A stretch of DNA of 63,924 nt, the filler included, from Nemertoderma westbladi (taxonomy: Eukaryota; Animalia; Xenacoelomorpha): the NCBI GenBank assembly GCA_032718475.1. It is 3 parts of 3 records of this genome, joined end to end, with 100 filler letters (N's around TTAATTAATTAA, not from the genome) between each part and the next. Parts side by side here need not be neighbours in the genome. Positions count along the whole stretch, not along the records: positions 1 to 20,744 come from JAUCBJ010006729.1; 2 more parts are not named here. One strand, given 5' to 3'. Positions 1 through 13,374 of this stretch are shown one piece after another. The position numbers and the translations under genes were made by a program. The notes beneath the pieces are model-generated. The model was not told the origin of the DNA and made no database searches. It worked only from the letters and a program-made list of their open reading frames with translations. Each line of letters opens with the position of its first letter. Within the stretch, counting starts at the first letter, position 1.

Positions 1-1366
1 ATAAACTTTCGGGGCGCTACTAACTTTGCATACAAGTACCCAGCGATATTATTCCTATTACCATACCTGATGTTTAGTGTATCCCAAACTTGTCTTAATC
101 CGTCTGGATGTCCAATAAACTTTAACGCCATTAACTTGGGAGATCCTTCCAAGCACTCGATGAGGTATCTAAGTTTTTCTCCATTAGATAGTACAGAGTT
201 CTGTATGTTATCTTTGTAATATTCATTAAAAGGTAACCATTTCATCTCATCTCCATTGAACTTGACGATCTCTCCCACCTTTACCGCTTGCCGGGCTTCG
301 GTTCTAGCCATTTGACGCGTAAAACTTTCTTGGGCCATCGTGTTATTTAATATCGAGTTATCGGTATATAAATTTCTCGGATTATGATCAGTTCTATGTG
401 GAATATCATTATCAACAGGTCTATAATTACCCTTAATAGGGTTCACTATAGGAGTTTCTACTTCGCTAGCAGTATATATGCGTGTAGGTTCCACACCTTG
501 CGCATGCGATACTTCAGACCTAACAGGTTGACACATTGTTACAGAGGGTGGTGGTATACCTCTTTGAGTATTTACTAATTTATCGCGTTCTAGCGCGATA
601 CTTTGCTGCACTTCTTGCAACTCTAGCCTACTTTCCCTTACTGTGCCCTTGAATTGCTGGACAGTCTCCTGCATCTGCCCGAGCAGGATATCCATCCCCC
701 GCCGTCCCTCGTCCACCCATTCGACCGCCGAAGCGGGAGTCGCCAACGTTGTAGCGGGCGGACGATGGACAACGGGCGACAAATTATGAATATTTCGCTC
801 GGGATCCAGGACCTGAACTGTCTCTGGGGCAGTTCTACGGGGCACAGGTAGCTTAGTGCTATGCAGAGGGAATTTAGAGGTAACTTCAGGGAGCACAGGT
901 GTGTCTATCACCGAAGGGGTGATTTCGAGAACAGGCCTAATTATTTCAGGCTCATCTACTATAGTAGGGAGTCTTTCTATTTTAATTATTTGGTCTGTGG
1001 GTTCTGTACTGCCTAAGTTGGTGCTATTTAGTTGCCTTCTAACAGCTGGAGGCAAATCAGGCAATTTCTGACGGTGGAATGTTCTTTTACGTCTGCTTAG
1101 ACGAGATCTATTTCCTTTGCCTTCAGTATCGGTGGTATCGCCTTCCTCAGATGATGTATATCCCTGTCTTTTGGGAGTAGATCGATTCATCATCTGCATA
1201 TTACTAGCTGTTAACTGTTTATTTATGCAGTCTTGATTCTCCTGAATGTTTTCCAATTCTAATTGGATGGTTTCTTCAGCCGCCCTCCGTTCTGCTTCTG
1301 CTACTGCTATTTTTCTTTCCGCTTCGGCCGCAGCTGCCGCCTTTGCCTCTGCCGCTGCCGCTTTTG

Positions 1367-3587
1367 CATAGCCTCTTTTAAGAATTTTTTACTGGGCGGC
1401 ACAGTCACTCGCCATGGCAAATTGTATGAGTGGGGGGGGGGGGGGGGGGGGGGGGTGAATTTGATACACATTTTTAATGTGTGTGAACGAAAAACTATTA
1501 AGCATACTGTAATATATTGTTTATTGACAATAATGGATATAATTTCTATAAGAAGCAACAAATAATTTTACAAAACTTAATTAAATCATTATTATACATA
1601 AATATTAAATTATAATACCAAGTTACTATTTAAACTCGGTTTCATTTCAACATTAGGGGCAACCTTTATACGTTAATAAAATGCATCTTAAAGATCAACT
1701 ACATACAAATCTTCGACGGCCTCAGAAAGTCGAAAATAGTCGAGCAAACACGGGGAGTTCTTCAGGGAGACAGTCTCAGCCCCCTGCTGTTTATTCTGTT
1801 CATATTTGACATTGTCAGCCACATTAAAGGTTATCGTTCATATGCGTACCGATGGTGTTACAGTGGTGGTGTTTTCTAACCAAAACAATAAACTATTCTC
1901 CATTACTTAATTAACGGAAAGGAGCAGGTTACAGTGGTGGGCTTTTCTAACCAAAACAATAAACATTATCTCAATAACATAGGGTATTTCATACTTATAG
2001 TCTTATTTTTGCAATACGAAAATACCATCGGTACGGATATGAACTATAACTACATTAAACGTGCAATTGCCCACATCGGTAAACTCATAATATTGACGAT
2101 CTCTTGTTTTACGGAGACTCCCGGGAGGCAGCGCAGGCCGGGCTCGACGCGGTCGCAGTTTGGTCGGCAAAAAACGGTCTCGATGTTCCGTCGTGGCGGT
2201 CGCCTCGCCAACGCCGACAAGTTCACGTACAACGGAAACCCGGTTGAGATTGTCAACTCTAACAAATATCTCGGCATCACCCTGCAGACGACACTAAGTT
2301 TCTCGAAGCATGTAGCGGCAACTATGTGCAAAGCAGTCATGGCCATCCACTCAATTAACAAACCCGAACTGCTATCACTTACTACATCTATCAAATTGTT
2401 CCAGATAAAGATTTTACCAATCGTACTCTATGGTTGCAGGGAAATCTGGCCGTTCCTTACTGTAGCCAATATGATCGCAATCGACAAGATTAAATCTACT
2501 TACTTAAAGAAAGCGCTTTGCCTACACAAGTCAACCCACAACCGGCTAGTCATTGCACTCTGTAATGAACGGACTCTCGTCGCAGACTTCGTCGCCAAAC
2601 TCCATCTTCCACTAACTGCAAACTCTTATAAGCTGTACATATACTAATTAGTTTATTGTTTTGGTTAGATTCAACCCGTCTGTAACCTGTGTTTTTTTTT
2701 GTGAAAACCTGATATTCTTCACATGGGGGTAACTGCAAAGTGAAATATAACGGCAGAAAGTCTGGTATTCTTCACATGGGCATAAATATACTTATTAAAA
2801 ATAATATAATTAAATTTATAAGAAAAATAATATCAGTATCATAAATAAATAAATAAATATACAGTATCATAAAAATCATTATTAAAACTTAATAAATTAT
2901 TATTAATAAAATAATAATAGTATTATTATAATTATATCAAATTATTAATAAATGTACATAGACGAACCCTAATTAAGTAGTTACACACTTAATTTTCAAA
3001 ACCAATTTATTACATAATAAAGCAATGATGCAATGTAAGCCCTGCCGTCTCGGGGTAGTTTATAATGACTAATAAACTTCTAAATATCTCCTGAATACTA
3101 ATTGTAAAATATACTGAAAACTGACTACTCTTAACAGGGGTAGGGGGCTAAAGGTGCCAGACAGGTAAGTATGGTGATAGCAAGCAGCCTTGGAAGTTGG
3201 AACTATCCAATATCCATCTGAGGCACCAATTAACTGCAGTAAGCCTATCAGGAATCTATAGACATGTACACAATGATAGGACCAAAGGCGACCTTTACTA
3301 ACATTAGTAAAGGTCGCATTGGGTTGGACACTGACTCATCCCTCCACTACTACTACTACTACTGTACTATGGCTATCACCCATTGAAGTCTCTGTGCTGT
3401 CAATCACTTATTCCTTTAGAAGTTTATGTAGGTACTTTACTGGGATTGATACATATTAGATTGGTCGCTGGCTGAGGCTAGTCCAGATATAATATATTAG
3501 GAAGGCACTCTGGCTGTGACTGGGCGGCAAATTGATTCAACTGGGCGGCACTTGTGCCGCCTAGTGGCAAAGTTAAACGAGGCTATG
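1367..3587. mobile_element. Non-autonomous hAT-like DNA transposon
   Basis: 15-bp TIRs CATAGCCTCTTTTAA / TTAAACGAGGCTATG (1 mismatch). 8-bp TSD CGCTTTTG at 1359-1366 and 3588-3595. Subterminal CTGGGCGGCA motifs at both ends. No transposase ORF. Confidence 0.85.
2170..2647 (+). mobile_element. 5'-truncated non-LTR (RTE-X-like) RT C-terminal fragment nested in the hAT-like element
   Basis: KTVSMFRRGGRL..VEIVNSNKYLGITL..IKLFQIKILPIVLYGCREIW..YLKKAL, within ORF 1934..2647. Confidence 0.7.
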
Positions 3588-4129
3588 CGCTTTTGCCTCT
3601 GCCGCTGCCTCTGCCGCTGCCGCTTTTGCCTCTGCCGCTGCCTCTGCCGCTTTTTTATCCGCTTCTGCCGCTGCCACTGCCGCTGCTGCTGTCTTTCTAT
3701 CTTCTATCCGTTTTTTCTTTACTTGTTCTTCTTGGACTCGTGTCAGGCGGAGTTGTTCATCAAATTTAGCCTGATTCGCAGCCCTCATTTCCACATCGAT
3801 GGCATCCAACACAAGCTTGGTTCCCTCACTATTAGGGCTAAGTCCCTCTAACCTTCTCCTCAACTCGTCATTACCTAAAAAACGTTGATAGTCTGACAGA
3901 TAGATGTCAATGGCATCCCTCTTATGCGGTTTCTCTGCTGTCACTTCGCTCTCGGTTGTATCTAGTAGACTGTCTGACAGGTTCTGCTTTGCGTCAGACA
4001 TGCTTATGTGTACAGTTGAATGTCTACTGCTGTATTACAGTCTGAGCAAGTCTAGTAACTCAGTATTAACTGCTAGCCTAGTAATTAATTACCGGTACTA
4101 CTACTCAGTGTAGCGTGGTATATATAATA

Positions 4130-4505
4130 TATTAGAATACCGGTATGCTTATAGTATATATAACTATTATTACAGACTAGGTTTATCACAGAATACCGGT
4201 ATAACTTTAGCACAAATATATATAAATATATAATAGGCCTATCGGGAATACCGGTATACAGCTTACAGTTTGTAGTATATATAATTCTGGACTAGAATTA
4301 ATTACAAGTACCAGTATAATTTCAGCCTAAATTTATAGAAATAAAGATAATAGGCCTATCGTAAATACCGGTATGCAGTTTACACTTATAGTGTATATAT
4401 ATAAGTATAATTACAAACTAGAATTAATTACAGAATACCGGTATGATTTCAACCTAAAATTTATAGAAATAAATATAATAAGCTTATTGTAAATACCGGT
4501 ATATC
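4130..4505. repeat. Degenerate ~60/120-bp tandem repeats in the BEL/Pao 5' leader
   Basis: ATACCGGTAT motifs recur at about 60-bp spacing. Confidence 0.55.
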
Positions 4506-5440
4506 AATTATTTTAAATAACTGAATTTCTGAATTTCAAGGGTTACTTGGTTACCTTAACTTACTTTATTGCCGTTATTTAAGCAGTAGTCCAACTGATA
4601 TTGAGACCTAATGGTTGTATGGTAGGCCTATGATTTATAAATCGTTAGATTTGATTTATAATATATATATACCCGTTTAATGGGTTTTGTCAATGTTGAA
4701 ATAAATGTTATTATTTCTGGGGTAATCACTACACAAAGCGGTACGCTTTCAGTGAAGTGTTACTTATAGGACACTAAAACAAATAATTCTAATTTACCTA
4801 AGTTACTTAATACTACAAATTACGTACAATTCGGGTGAGATTACAATCTCTAAATAAACACAAAAATTTACAAAAAACACAAAAATACGAATTTTTCAGG
4901 GTAATTTTACAAGAAGTCTACAAACCAGCCTAACAAAGGGTTAGAAATCTGGTTATTACAACGGACAGGGTTCTACGGTATTTGAAAATAATACGTAGTA
5001 GTAAGTACACTGCGTTGTCCAGATAGGAAAATACCACCGCCTGACGACCTATAGCCGTATCGCTATAGGTTCTACGTTATGTATCACGGAGTGTTCCTAC
5101 CTAGAAGTTAATAGAGCTAATCGAAAGTGCCTATCAACCACTTTACAACACAAATGTAATGCCTACACTAATTACTTTCGGAAAGCACTGTACACTAAAC
5201 CCTAAATTAGGAACGAGTACTTGTACAACATATAATCAGTAGTTAAATATACTTGAACAGCTAAAAGAACCACGGCATCTGCTGGAGTGACCGATGCACA
5301 AAATCACCAGTCTTTACCTACGCCAAGCAGCCCGTATAGTACCGGGGTTAATTTAACTATAGCGGTATGTATAACAAACACAATTACTGTAGGAACAAAC
5401 TTGGGGAATGAATGTTGCGGATAATCGCATAAACTCTGAA

Positions 5441-6015
5441 TAATAAATATTACGCTACGCGTACAAACTACTCAAACAAAATGCAGACCGAACACTGACA
5501 GACTACTATCAAGCCTAAACAAACTACGGTATATGCAGACTCCGAAATAATTAGGTAGTATGCGTTCTAACCCAGTAGTACGACTTATTCTTTAGTTGGG
5601 GGTTTACCTTACAGCATTCGCTGCCCCTACTTCCTAACCGTTCTTTATCGGACAAGTGATCTACTCACGCTGCAATCCGTTCAGACCTAATAACAGCCAG
5701 ACAACTATCCAGCCTACAAATTATCTAAATAAATATTATACGCTACCCGTACAAACTTACACAAACAAAGTACAGACTCAACGATGGCAGACTACTCTCA
5801 AGCCTAAATAAACTACAGGACATGCAGACTCCGAAATAATTAGGTAGTATGCGCTCTAACCCAGTAGTACGACTTATTCTTTAATTGGGGGTTTACCTTA
5901 CAGCATTCGCTGCCCCTACTTCCTAACCGTTCTTTATCGGACAGGTGATCTACACACACTGCAATCCGTTCAGACTTAACAGCAATCAGACAACAGCTCA
6001 GCCTACAAATTGTCT
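5441..6015. repeat. ~289-bp tandem duplication in the BEL/Pao 5' leader
   Basis: ATGCAGACTCCGAAATAATTAGGTAG... occurs at 5533 and 5822, with a near-identical core. Confidence 0.85.
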
Positions 6016-6337
6016 GCACAATCTGATCAGGCTTACACGCCTTCTGCTCAATACTGGCCTACAAACAAATAAAACTTGACAGAAATAAGTAAAATCTCAA
6101 TAAAAACCAGGCGTCCCCGATTAATTATTAAGACCTACCGGCATATATAATCAAATCGAATAATACTAATGTACTTATACGGGAAGTACCGGTTAGGACA
6201 GTTAGGCCTACGGACCTACAGAAGTACCGGTTCTGGCAGTTGGACCTACGGGCCTACAGATGTACCTTTCAGGGTTACCGGTTGACCGGTACTTTCAACT
6301 TTATTGCTTACTGCAATAAAGAAGCTATATCCGTTAT

Positions 6338-7594
6338 TGTTCACGCTTTCAGACCTTTGGCAGTTTAACCCGCCAAATTAGGATGTCTTCTAGATAATAA
6401 ATCACTTTTAGTCTATGACAAGTATTTAATTCACTACACTAGTCGAAACCAATCTGTGCGCGATCATTCACCCGCTGGATATACCCGGGAGATTGGGTTC
6501 GACGGCTTAATCTTATTGCTATGTAAGCCTAATTTATTATTCGACTGACAGTATTATATAATCTCTGACAATATTATTCACCTTCGGGGAATATTAACAG
6601 TTCCTTTAGGACGTGGCGCTCTATCTATACAAACAGAGTTATGACTTAAACTACTCACAACGATATGGCTTAGTTATAATTCACATATATGGCGCATTCT
6701 TTAGGAAATGCTTCGTTATCAGGCTCACTCATACACAATGCTGCACAATACTGCACACTGATCTGCCGATCTTCACTGATTTTAGTCACATATAAAAGGA
6801 ACACGGACCGAATCATGTAGGGTCTATCAAATAACATTAAATTCACTTCAAACCACTCAACATAGGTCGCAATCATTTATCTGTAACCTTTCTCTCTTAC
6901 CTTCGGTATATCAAGAATATTGGGTTTTCGGGGTTATTTGTCGTTATTCCAAATATAATAATTCATCAACCATATTATGAAGAACTGACAGTAAATAGCA
7001 GTATAACAATATAAAAGTATGCACAGTGTTACACAGTATGCAGTGTATGCAGTACTGCAGTATGCAGTATGCAGTATGCAGATAACGGATATATGTCCTT
7101 ATAATTAAGCCTACTAGTGTAGGGCTAAAGCAGAAAAGCACAAAATACTCCAAAGCCGTTCTTCCTGGCTTAGAATCACCAACAACACTGATAAGAATAA
7201 CTATAAGAATACCAGCTACCCTTATTCCACGAAGCTCCCGTCCAACACAGAGAAAGAGCAGTGAGATAGGAAAATTCAGTTCAGTAGCTCTGTGATAGGT
7301 CAAAATCAAAGCCAACTCAAATCCTATTGGCAGATACAGAAGGCAGGGCTATGGGGCAACGTGGCAATATCAGCCGTTAGCAGTCGTCATGGTAGCGACA
7401 CTGTTTTCAAGAGTATCGAGCTTTTACGTCACGAAATTGCAGATTATGTCCTCTAAAGTACAAATACAGAAGAAATGGCTTTTATGTCCTCCAAAACACC
7501 AGTACAGCAAGGACACGGCCTTTTATGCCTGGTAAACCAACCACAGAGTACTTTACGGGGATAATAACCGGCTAATTACGCAAAAGCTTTTACA
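6338..7594 (-). mobile_element. Long (1257-bp) LTR, probably the 5' LTR of the BEL/Pao element whose gag starts at 4001
   Basis: TGT...AACA termini on the minus strand. Homologous end-to-end to 15576-16834. Flanks (GTTAT/AATAT) are not a TSD, so it is not a solo LTR. No canonical PBS was recognised. Confidence 0.7.
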
Positions 7595-8809
7595 AATATA
7601 TTGTACAATTTCGTAAAAGATAGACTTCATTATTCTCTACAGGCAACCAAAATTTAAGCTCTGGAAAATGAGGCGTTCCCGAGAAATTTAATATTTTCTA
7701 AAAACCACATAATCTGTCGTAGCTGACGTCAGACTGCATGATTTTTCACCAAACTTTCTAAACTTTCCCCCTACTACTTACCTACTAAGATTGGTTCAAT
7801 TCCGAATCAGCGATGACGAGAAATTCGCTTTCAAACATTTACCAGGCAGACGGACATCCCCATTTGCCTTATATGAACCGTATGCCAAGGCTCGCCAACG
7901 ACGTTTCTCGCCCCACATGTGGTCATACCAAATCTACTTTTCTGGCTACCAACACCAACACAAGGTAGGCGTAGGCATGGACGATCGGCTGACCAACTTG
8001 AAAGGGATACTGGACTTGAGAGGAACGAAATTGCGACAACTATCGAGCCTGGAAGGATCTCATTCTCATTTCCACTCAAAATTAAACTATATTATAATAA
8101 ACTAATAAAATAGGAAATTTCCGGACAATAATGTCTGTCTTGGAAATTTCCTCACATCGTAAGATAAATTGTATGCAAAGTGAAGAGTTATTTGACAAGG
8201 GTTAAACTATAATTTTTTAAACGCTTTTATATTTAACAATAAGCCGCACAAAAATTATTAATAAACAAATCATTACTCAGTAAGTTAAACTGAAAAAACA
8301 ACCGGTCTAGCTATGACAGCATTAGATCGCGTGCAACTATATTTAATAATAATAAGATTAAAGTAGGGCCTAACACACCAATAAGTTAAATTCAGAAAAA
8401 ATATTCAGAAACTTGCCAATGTATCACTGTATCCAATATCCATTGCGTTACTGATACAAACATTTTAAATGATGCTACTGGAAGATTGGTTATGTTAGAT
8501 AACAGCTGAAGATTATATATAAAATTAAAAAAAATAAAATTAAAAAAAATTCCAATGAAAATAAAATTGATAAAATTATTTTTTTCATGGCCTTTTTGAG
8601 ACAGCCCACCCAATACAAAAAACAACAATATGGCCCAAATCAGCGTCTGAAAGCAATAACTTGTCAAATTAGTTAATGTAGTAGATAATAACCCATCAAT
8701 TTATTTTAAATTAAACAAATTAATATCATGAAATGTAAAGATAAAGTTTTATCCGGTTTATCTTATTTCTCGAATTGAAAAGAGCCCATGTTTTAAATAT
8801 TTTTAGCAA

Positions 8810-9081
8810 TTACGAATTAATATTTGCAATTAGTTTTACTGCAGAAAAATAACCAATATATATGCCGAGAGCAAAAAATATGAAAATAAGTATAATATTA
8901 GTAAAACGAGATAGTAGGTTTAGGGTGTTCCAATGCAGGAGAAGATGGAATATGCATGGAAAAATGAATGGAAGTAGTGTGCCAGTGAAACTGCTTGTCA
9001 GTGCGACCAAGGGAACCAGATAGGGAACGCAAATAGCCACTGTTATAGTGAATATATAAACCACCAATCTCATCGCCATAT
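8810..9081 (-). CDS. Terminal exon of an amino-acid transporter (AAAP family, vesicular inhibitory amino acid transporter SLC32-like)
   Basis: RLVVYIFTITVAICVPYLVPLVALTSSFTGTLLPFIFPCIFHLLLHW matches the C-terminal TM helices of VGAT-like transporters. Acceptor TTTGTTTGTAG lies at 9082-9092. Upstream exons were not identified. Confidence 0.7.
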
Positions 9082-9204
9082 CTACAAACAAATATAAAAT
9101 ATTTATTAAATCTACATTTATTTAATGCAGTACTATACACTCACTTTAATTTACTCATCTCATATTGTGACTGGGAAATGACAGTTAACTTACAGTATAT
9201 TCTA

Positions 9205-9850
9205 AAGTCCTCAGGAAATTTCTGATCGTATGAGCATAAGCTCAAAGGATGGTATGCTTGAGCATATGGACGACTTCTGTTACCTGGGATCATGGATCCG
9301 GGAGTCAGGTGAGGACCTTCGAATACGTAAGAGAAAGGCATGGCCCCCCTTGAATGGGCTTTCCAGGATTTGGAAATCGGAAAATTAGGGTCCGATTATT
9401 TAGAGCGGCATTAGTTCCAGTACTCCTCTATGGGAGACCACGCTGGACTCTAACTGCCGAGGACACCAAATCTATGGATGGCACAATCACAATAATGCTA
9501 CGTCGGGTTCACTTTTTCAAGTACAGTACAATGCACACATCGCCAACCAGACACTACTGTATATAACATTGAAGGTGTCTCATTGGTTGCCCCAAGCTTG
9601 ACAATTGAACAAAGTTGCCTCCGCTTTCCAGGACATTGTTTTCGCCTTGATGACCAGCCTGCGCACAATCTAGTGTTTAGGCATCCCCATATTGATTGAG
9701 AGAATAAGCATGGTGGACAGCCCATAACTTTCTTGAGACGCCTCTTAAAGGACACTGTCCTTGAAGATGCGGATGATCTCGATATTGATAAGCCGGCGTA
9801 GCATTCTTAATGAATGCTGCATTGGGCTTGCCAATTGTGGATTGCATGGT
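9205..9850 (+). mobile_element. 3' fragment of an RTE-like LINE (same family as 29504-34220)
   Basis: High nucleotide similarity to 33550-34200. Motifs DFCYLGSWI and RLFRAALVPVLLYG..W.LT; frameshifted. Confidence 0.85.
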
Positions 9851-10322
9851 GGTGGTATAATATTTTTGTTAAGCCGCCATAGCATCTCAATATGCATCTT
9901 CAATGCTGCAAGCCGATTATAGATACTGTAGATAGTGACTTGGTACAAACCCGAGTATTTTAGTTTTTTTAACATTTTGCAATTAAACATTTACCTTTGG
10001 TTTACTAGGGAAACCTTCTCCTTTCCCCAAATGCATGTAGGCCTATTGTTTAAATATTTGAGTCCAAATTGACCTAATCTCAAGAGTAATAGTTAACACA
10101 CCACAATCAATATGTATACTGTAATTAGACCATAGTTGTCTGTTACATATTGTTTATTTTTATTTACTTACAATATACTGTCTGACTGTATAACAATAAA
10201 TGTAGTGAAAAAAAAACAATATGTAATTATGATGTAGTAGTTAGTTATTTTAGATTTAGCATTAGATTAATTGCGGTTTCAGTCTGTCAGTTGAGTCTAC
10301 TAGTTATTTTAGTTGACTTTAC

Positions 10323-12752
10323 CTGTATGGAATTCATCCAAAAAGTGCGCCGGATAGTGCGCCGACCAATTTTTATGCGCGCCGCGCGCCGATGCCATTT
10401 CGAAGAAAAACCCCGCGCCAACTAAATTTTTAAGCACGCCGATGCAATTTCGAAGAAACCCCGCGCCAACTAAATTGTTAAGCGCGCCACACATTGAAAC
10501 AATTTGAAGAGCGCCACGCCAATGCAAATTCAATTTTGAAGAGCGCCACGCCAATGCAAATTCAATTTTGAGGGAGTGTAACCAATCTGTCAATGTCAGT
10601 CAGTACTGCTGTACCAGTCCCTGCTGCCCTATTTAGTTTAGTTTAGTTTAGTTTAATACGCCAAATGCAAATTAAAATTAATACATACAGCACATAAATT
10701 CTTATAAAACACAATGAACTGGCAAATCTATAAGGATTCTACGCATATGCGTATATTTCTTTTATGAAGTACTGCAGGTACGTTACATACATTATAGGTA
10801 CAAACATATAACATATTACAAACATAAATAAACAATAATCAGATAGTGGGGTTCAAAATTATACGACGTAGATTGTAAGTAAAAATCACAATGTTGATAA
10901 TTTTACATATTGCAATAAAAATAAACATAAAAAAAAAAATTTAGTTGGCACGTTATGATTAAAATGTTTCTATTAAGAACGATACAGTAAAAACTTCGAT
11001 GTATGCAATAATATAAAAAAACAAATAAAAATAATAAAAATAATAAAAAATACTGTGCACTTCATATGAAAATATTAAAAACAAAGAACCTGATATTTAA
11101 TTAAGTAAAAATTGTAATTACAATGATACAAAAGAAAAATTTAATTTAATATAAACGTACCGATGGAATGTAAACTGGGCAGTGGCAACTTGTCTAACTG
11201 GTATATCACTATAAATATTCATTTTGGACTTCATTGCACAATCAAGACGATTTTTAAATAAGTTTACACTAGGATTACCATGAAAATCTCGAGCATTAAC
11301 AACATTCTCATCCAACATATTCCATAAGTTTATTACACGAGACGCAAAACTGTTAGTGTGGAACAGATGTTGACCCGCGGTGTTTCGTTTGTACAATGTC
11401 AGTGATGAACCTCTTGTCGAATATGAGTGACGCTGGCTTCTGAGTTCAAAAAAGTTACTATAGTCTACGTTATCAAGTTTGTGAACAAACTTGTATGTTG
11501 ATATCATATCCGCTCTAGCTCGTCTGTAAATCAGTGTCGGTATTTTAAGTGAACGAAGACGCTCCTCATATGACAGATGCTGTAGTGAAGGTACCATACG
11601 GGTTGCGCGGTGTTGCACTTGTTCTATGTGCTCGATATCCTTTTGAAGATACGGTGACCATACAACTGTACCATATTCGAGTAGCGGACGAATTATAGAC
11701 TTATATAACTTGGTAAACATTATCGGTTCCATAAACGTGAATGTGTGTTTTACTAAGTTAAGAATACGTGTCGCACGAGCAGCAATATTAGAACAATGAG
11801 CGGAGAATGACATATTGGAACTAAAAGTAACACCGAGGTCTTTCTCTTCGCATACTGCATCCAGAACTGTGTTAGACATGTAGTATGGCGTTGATGGATT
11901 TCTACGACCAAGGTGAAGTATTTGACACTTTGAAAAATTAAACTGTAAGTGCCATTTGTTTGCCCATTCAACAAGCCGGTTTAAGTCTGCTTGCAAGAAG
12001 TTGGTGTCGTCTGTAGTAGAAATTTGTCTGTATATTTTCGTATCATCTACAAATATCTTACAACAAGATGTGATCATATCAGGAACATCGTTAACGAAGA
12101 TCAAGAATAATATTGGCGCAGTAACAGTCCCTTGAGGAACGCCACTGGTCACCATTCGAGTCCCACTTAATACTCCATTAACCCTAACAGTTTGGGTACG
12201 CCCAGTAAGAAAGTTACCTATCCAAACTAAAACGTTGCCCTTTACACCATAACTCTCTAATTTATGCAGTAGAAGGGTGTGTGAGACAGTGTCAAAGGCT
12301 CGTCTTAGATCGAGATACACAACATCAGCTCCAAGAGAATGCAGTTCATCTACAAAGTTGCAGAAGTCTTCCACTACTTCTACAGTAGTAACTGTGTAAC
12401 TGTAGAACGGTGAGCACGAGCACCGTGCTGGGCATCAGTGAAAATATTATTTCCTTCAAAAATATCTGTCTGTATACAACAGTAGCCTAACCACTGAACC
12501 ATACAACAGAAAAAGAAAGGTGAAAGGCGAGCGAAGCGAGCCGAAATTTTTAAACAGCTAATGCTATTTTTGCACTTCCATAATTGTTAAACCTGTAAAC
12601 TAACAAATCGGCGCCGGTTTTTATTTTTGGGAGAGCCACGCGCCAAAGCTGAAAGCCGGCGCGCTTTACGATTTTCGAGAGCGCCACGCGCCACATTGGC
12701 GCGCTTTTATTGCAAAGTGCGCCGGATTAATCAGTGTATGGATTCCAGTCTG
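10323..12752. mobile_element. Candidate non-autonomous DNA transposon (hAT-like) hosting the CR1 insertion
   Basis: Imperfect TIR core TGGAATTCATCCA (10328) / TGTATGGATTCCA (12735). GC-rich GCGCCACGCC subterminal repeats at both ends. AGTTGAC occurs in both flanks (10311, 12753). Confidence 0.45.
10632..12468 (-). mobile_element. 5'-truncated CR1-clade LINE (RT ORF 11118..12374)
   Basis: QHG..RST.TQLL, YLDLRRAFDTVSH, SGVPQGTV, FVDD, LYKSIIRPLLEYGTVVWSP, EQVQHRATR. (TAAAC)n 3' tail at 10632-10655. Confidence 0.9.
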
Positions 12753-12858
12753 AGTTGACAGGTTGATTTTTTTTTAAAGTTTAGGCCTAGGTGTAAGGCC
12801 TAAACCTTGCATTGATTGCATTGACTTGCCTAATTATTGCATTGATCCGAATTTATTT

Positions 12859-13374
12859 ATGGCTGTATTTCTTACTGTACCGGTACCGGTACACTGCGCT
12901 CTGTTCCTGTTATCTGCCAGTTATCTAGGCACCCATGGACACGTTGACTCCAATGAGGTTCCGGTTAAAGTCGCACGGCCGGACTCGGATAATCGAGTCC
13001 GATTCCAACGGGGTCAGAATAAAGAACATCTACAACAGCACATCCGGCAGGAAGAGGAGCTGGTAGACATGGACCTGGACAACCTGACGGAAGGACACCA
13101 GTCCTTCTTTTATTTTAAAATGCACGATTACGATAACAACAAGAAACTAGACGGTATCGAATTGATTAAGGCTTTGCTTCACCACGATGACCATGGAGAC
13201 GTGGATGCTTTGACTGAGGATGAGTTGGATGAGTTCGTGAGATCCGTTCTCGCAGAGGACGATATTAACGACGATGGATATATTGATTATTTTGAGTTTC
13301 TTAAAGCCCAGAATAGGGATGGAGTTGATGTGGAACCCGTAGGGGAGGAGGTCAAACATGTCGAAAATCTGTGA
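12859..13374 (+). CDS. MCFD2: Multiple coagulation factor deficiency protein 2-like; secretory-pathway protein with two EF-hands (171 aa, single exon)
   Basis: Hydrophobic N-terminus, then KEHLQQH..FYFKMHDYDNNKKLDGIELIKAL..VLAEDDINDDGYIDYFEF, matching the MCFD2 signature. First ATG at 12859. Confidence 0.85.
   Translation: MAVFLTVPVPVHCALFLLSASYLGTHGHVDSNEVPVKVARPDSDNRVRFQRGQNKEHLQQHIRQEEELVDMDLDNLTEGHQSFFYFKMHDYDNNKKLDGIELIKALLHHDDHGDVDALTEDELDEFVRSVLAEDDINDDGYIDYFEFLKAQNRDGVDVEPVGEEVKHVENL

Larger units (their letters stand above)
3..4001 (-). pseudogene. gag: BEL/Pao LTR-retrotransposon gag (DUF1759-type), interrupted by a DNA transposon at 1367-3587 and running off the left edge
   Basis: The frame of ORF 3573..4001 (MSDAKQ...AAAEAKA) resumes at 1358 (..AAAAEAERKIAV..) and has no stop down to position 3. 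It contains IVKFNGDEMKWLPF...LSNGEKLRYLIECLEG...LNIRYG, typical of BEL/Pao gag. Insertion plus one TSD is 2229 bp (743 codons), so removing it restores one frame of at least 590 codons. Confidence 0.8.

Noticed and set aside
1710-1745. Possible hammerhead relic (..GACGGC..GTCGAAAATAGTC)
   Set aside because: The core CUGANGA is absent and the stems are poor.
9995-10075. Upstream exon of the transporter (GT donor at about 9994, minus strand)
   Set aside because: It has an in-frame TAA in the phase required to join the 9081 acceptor.
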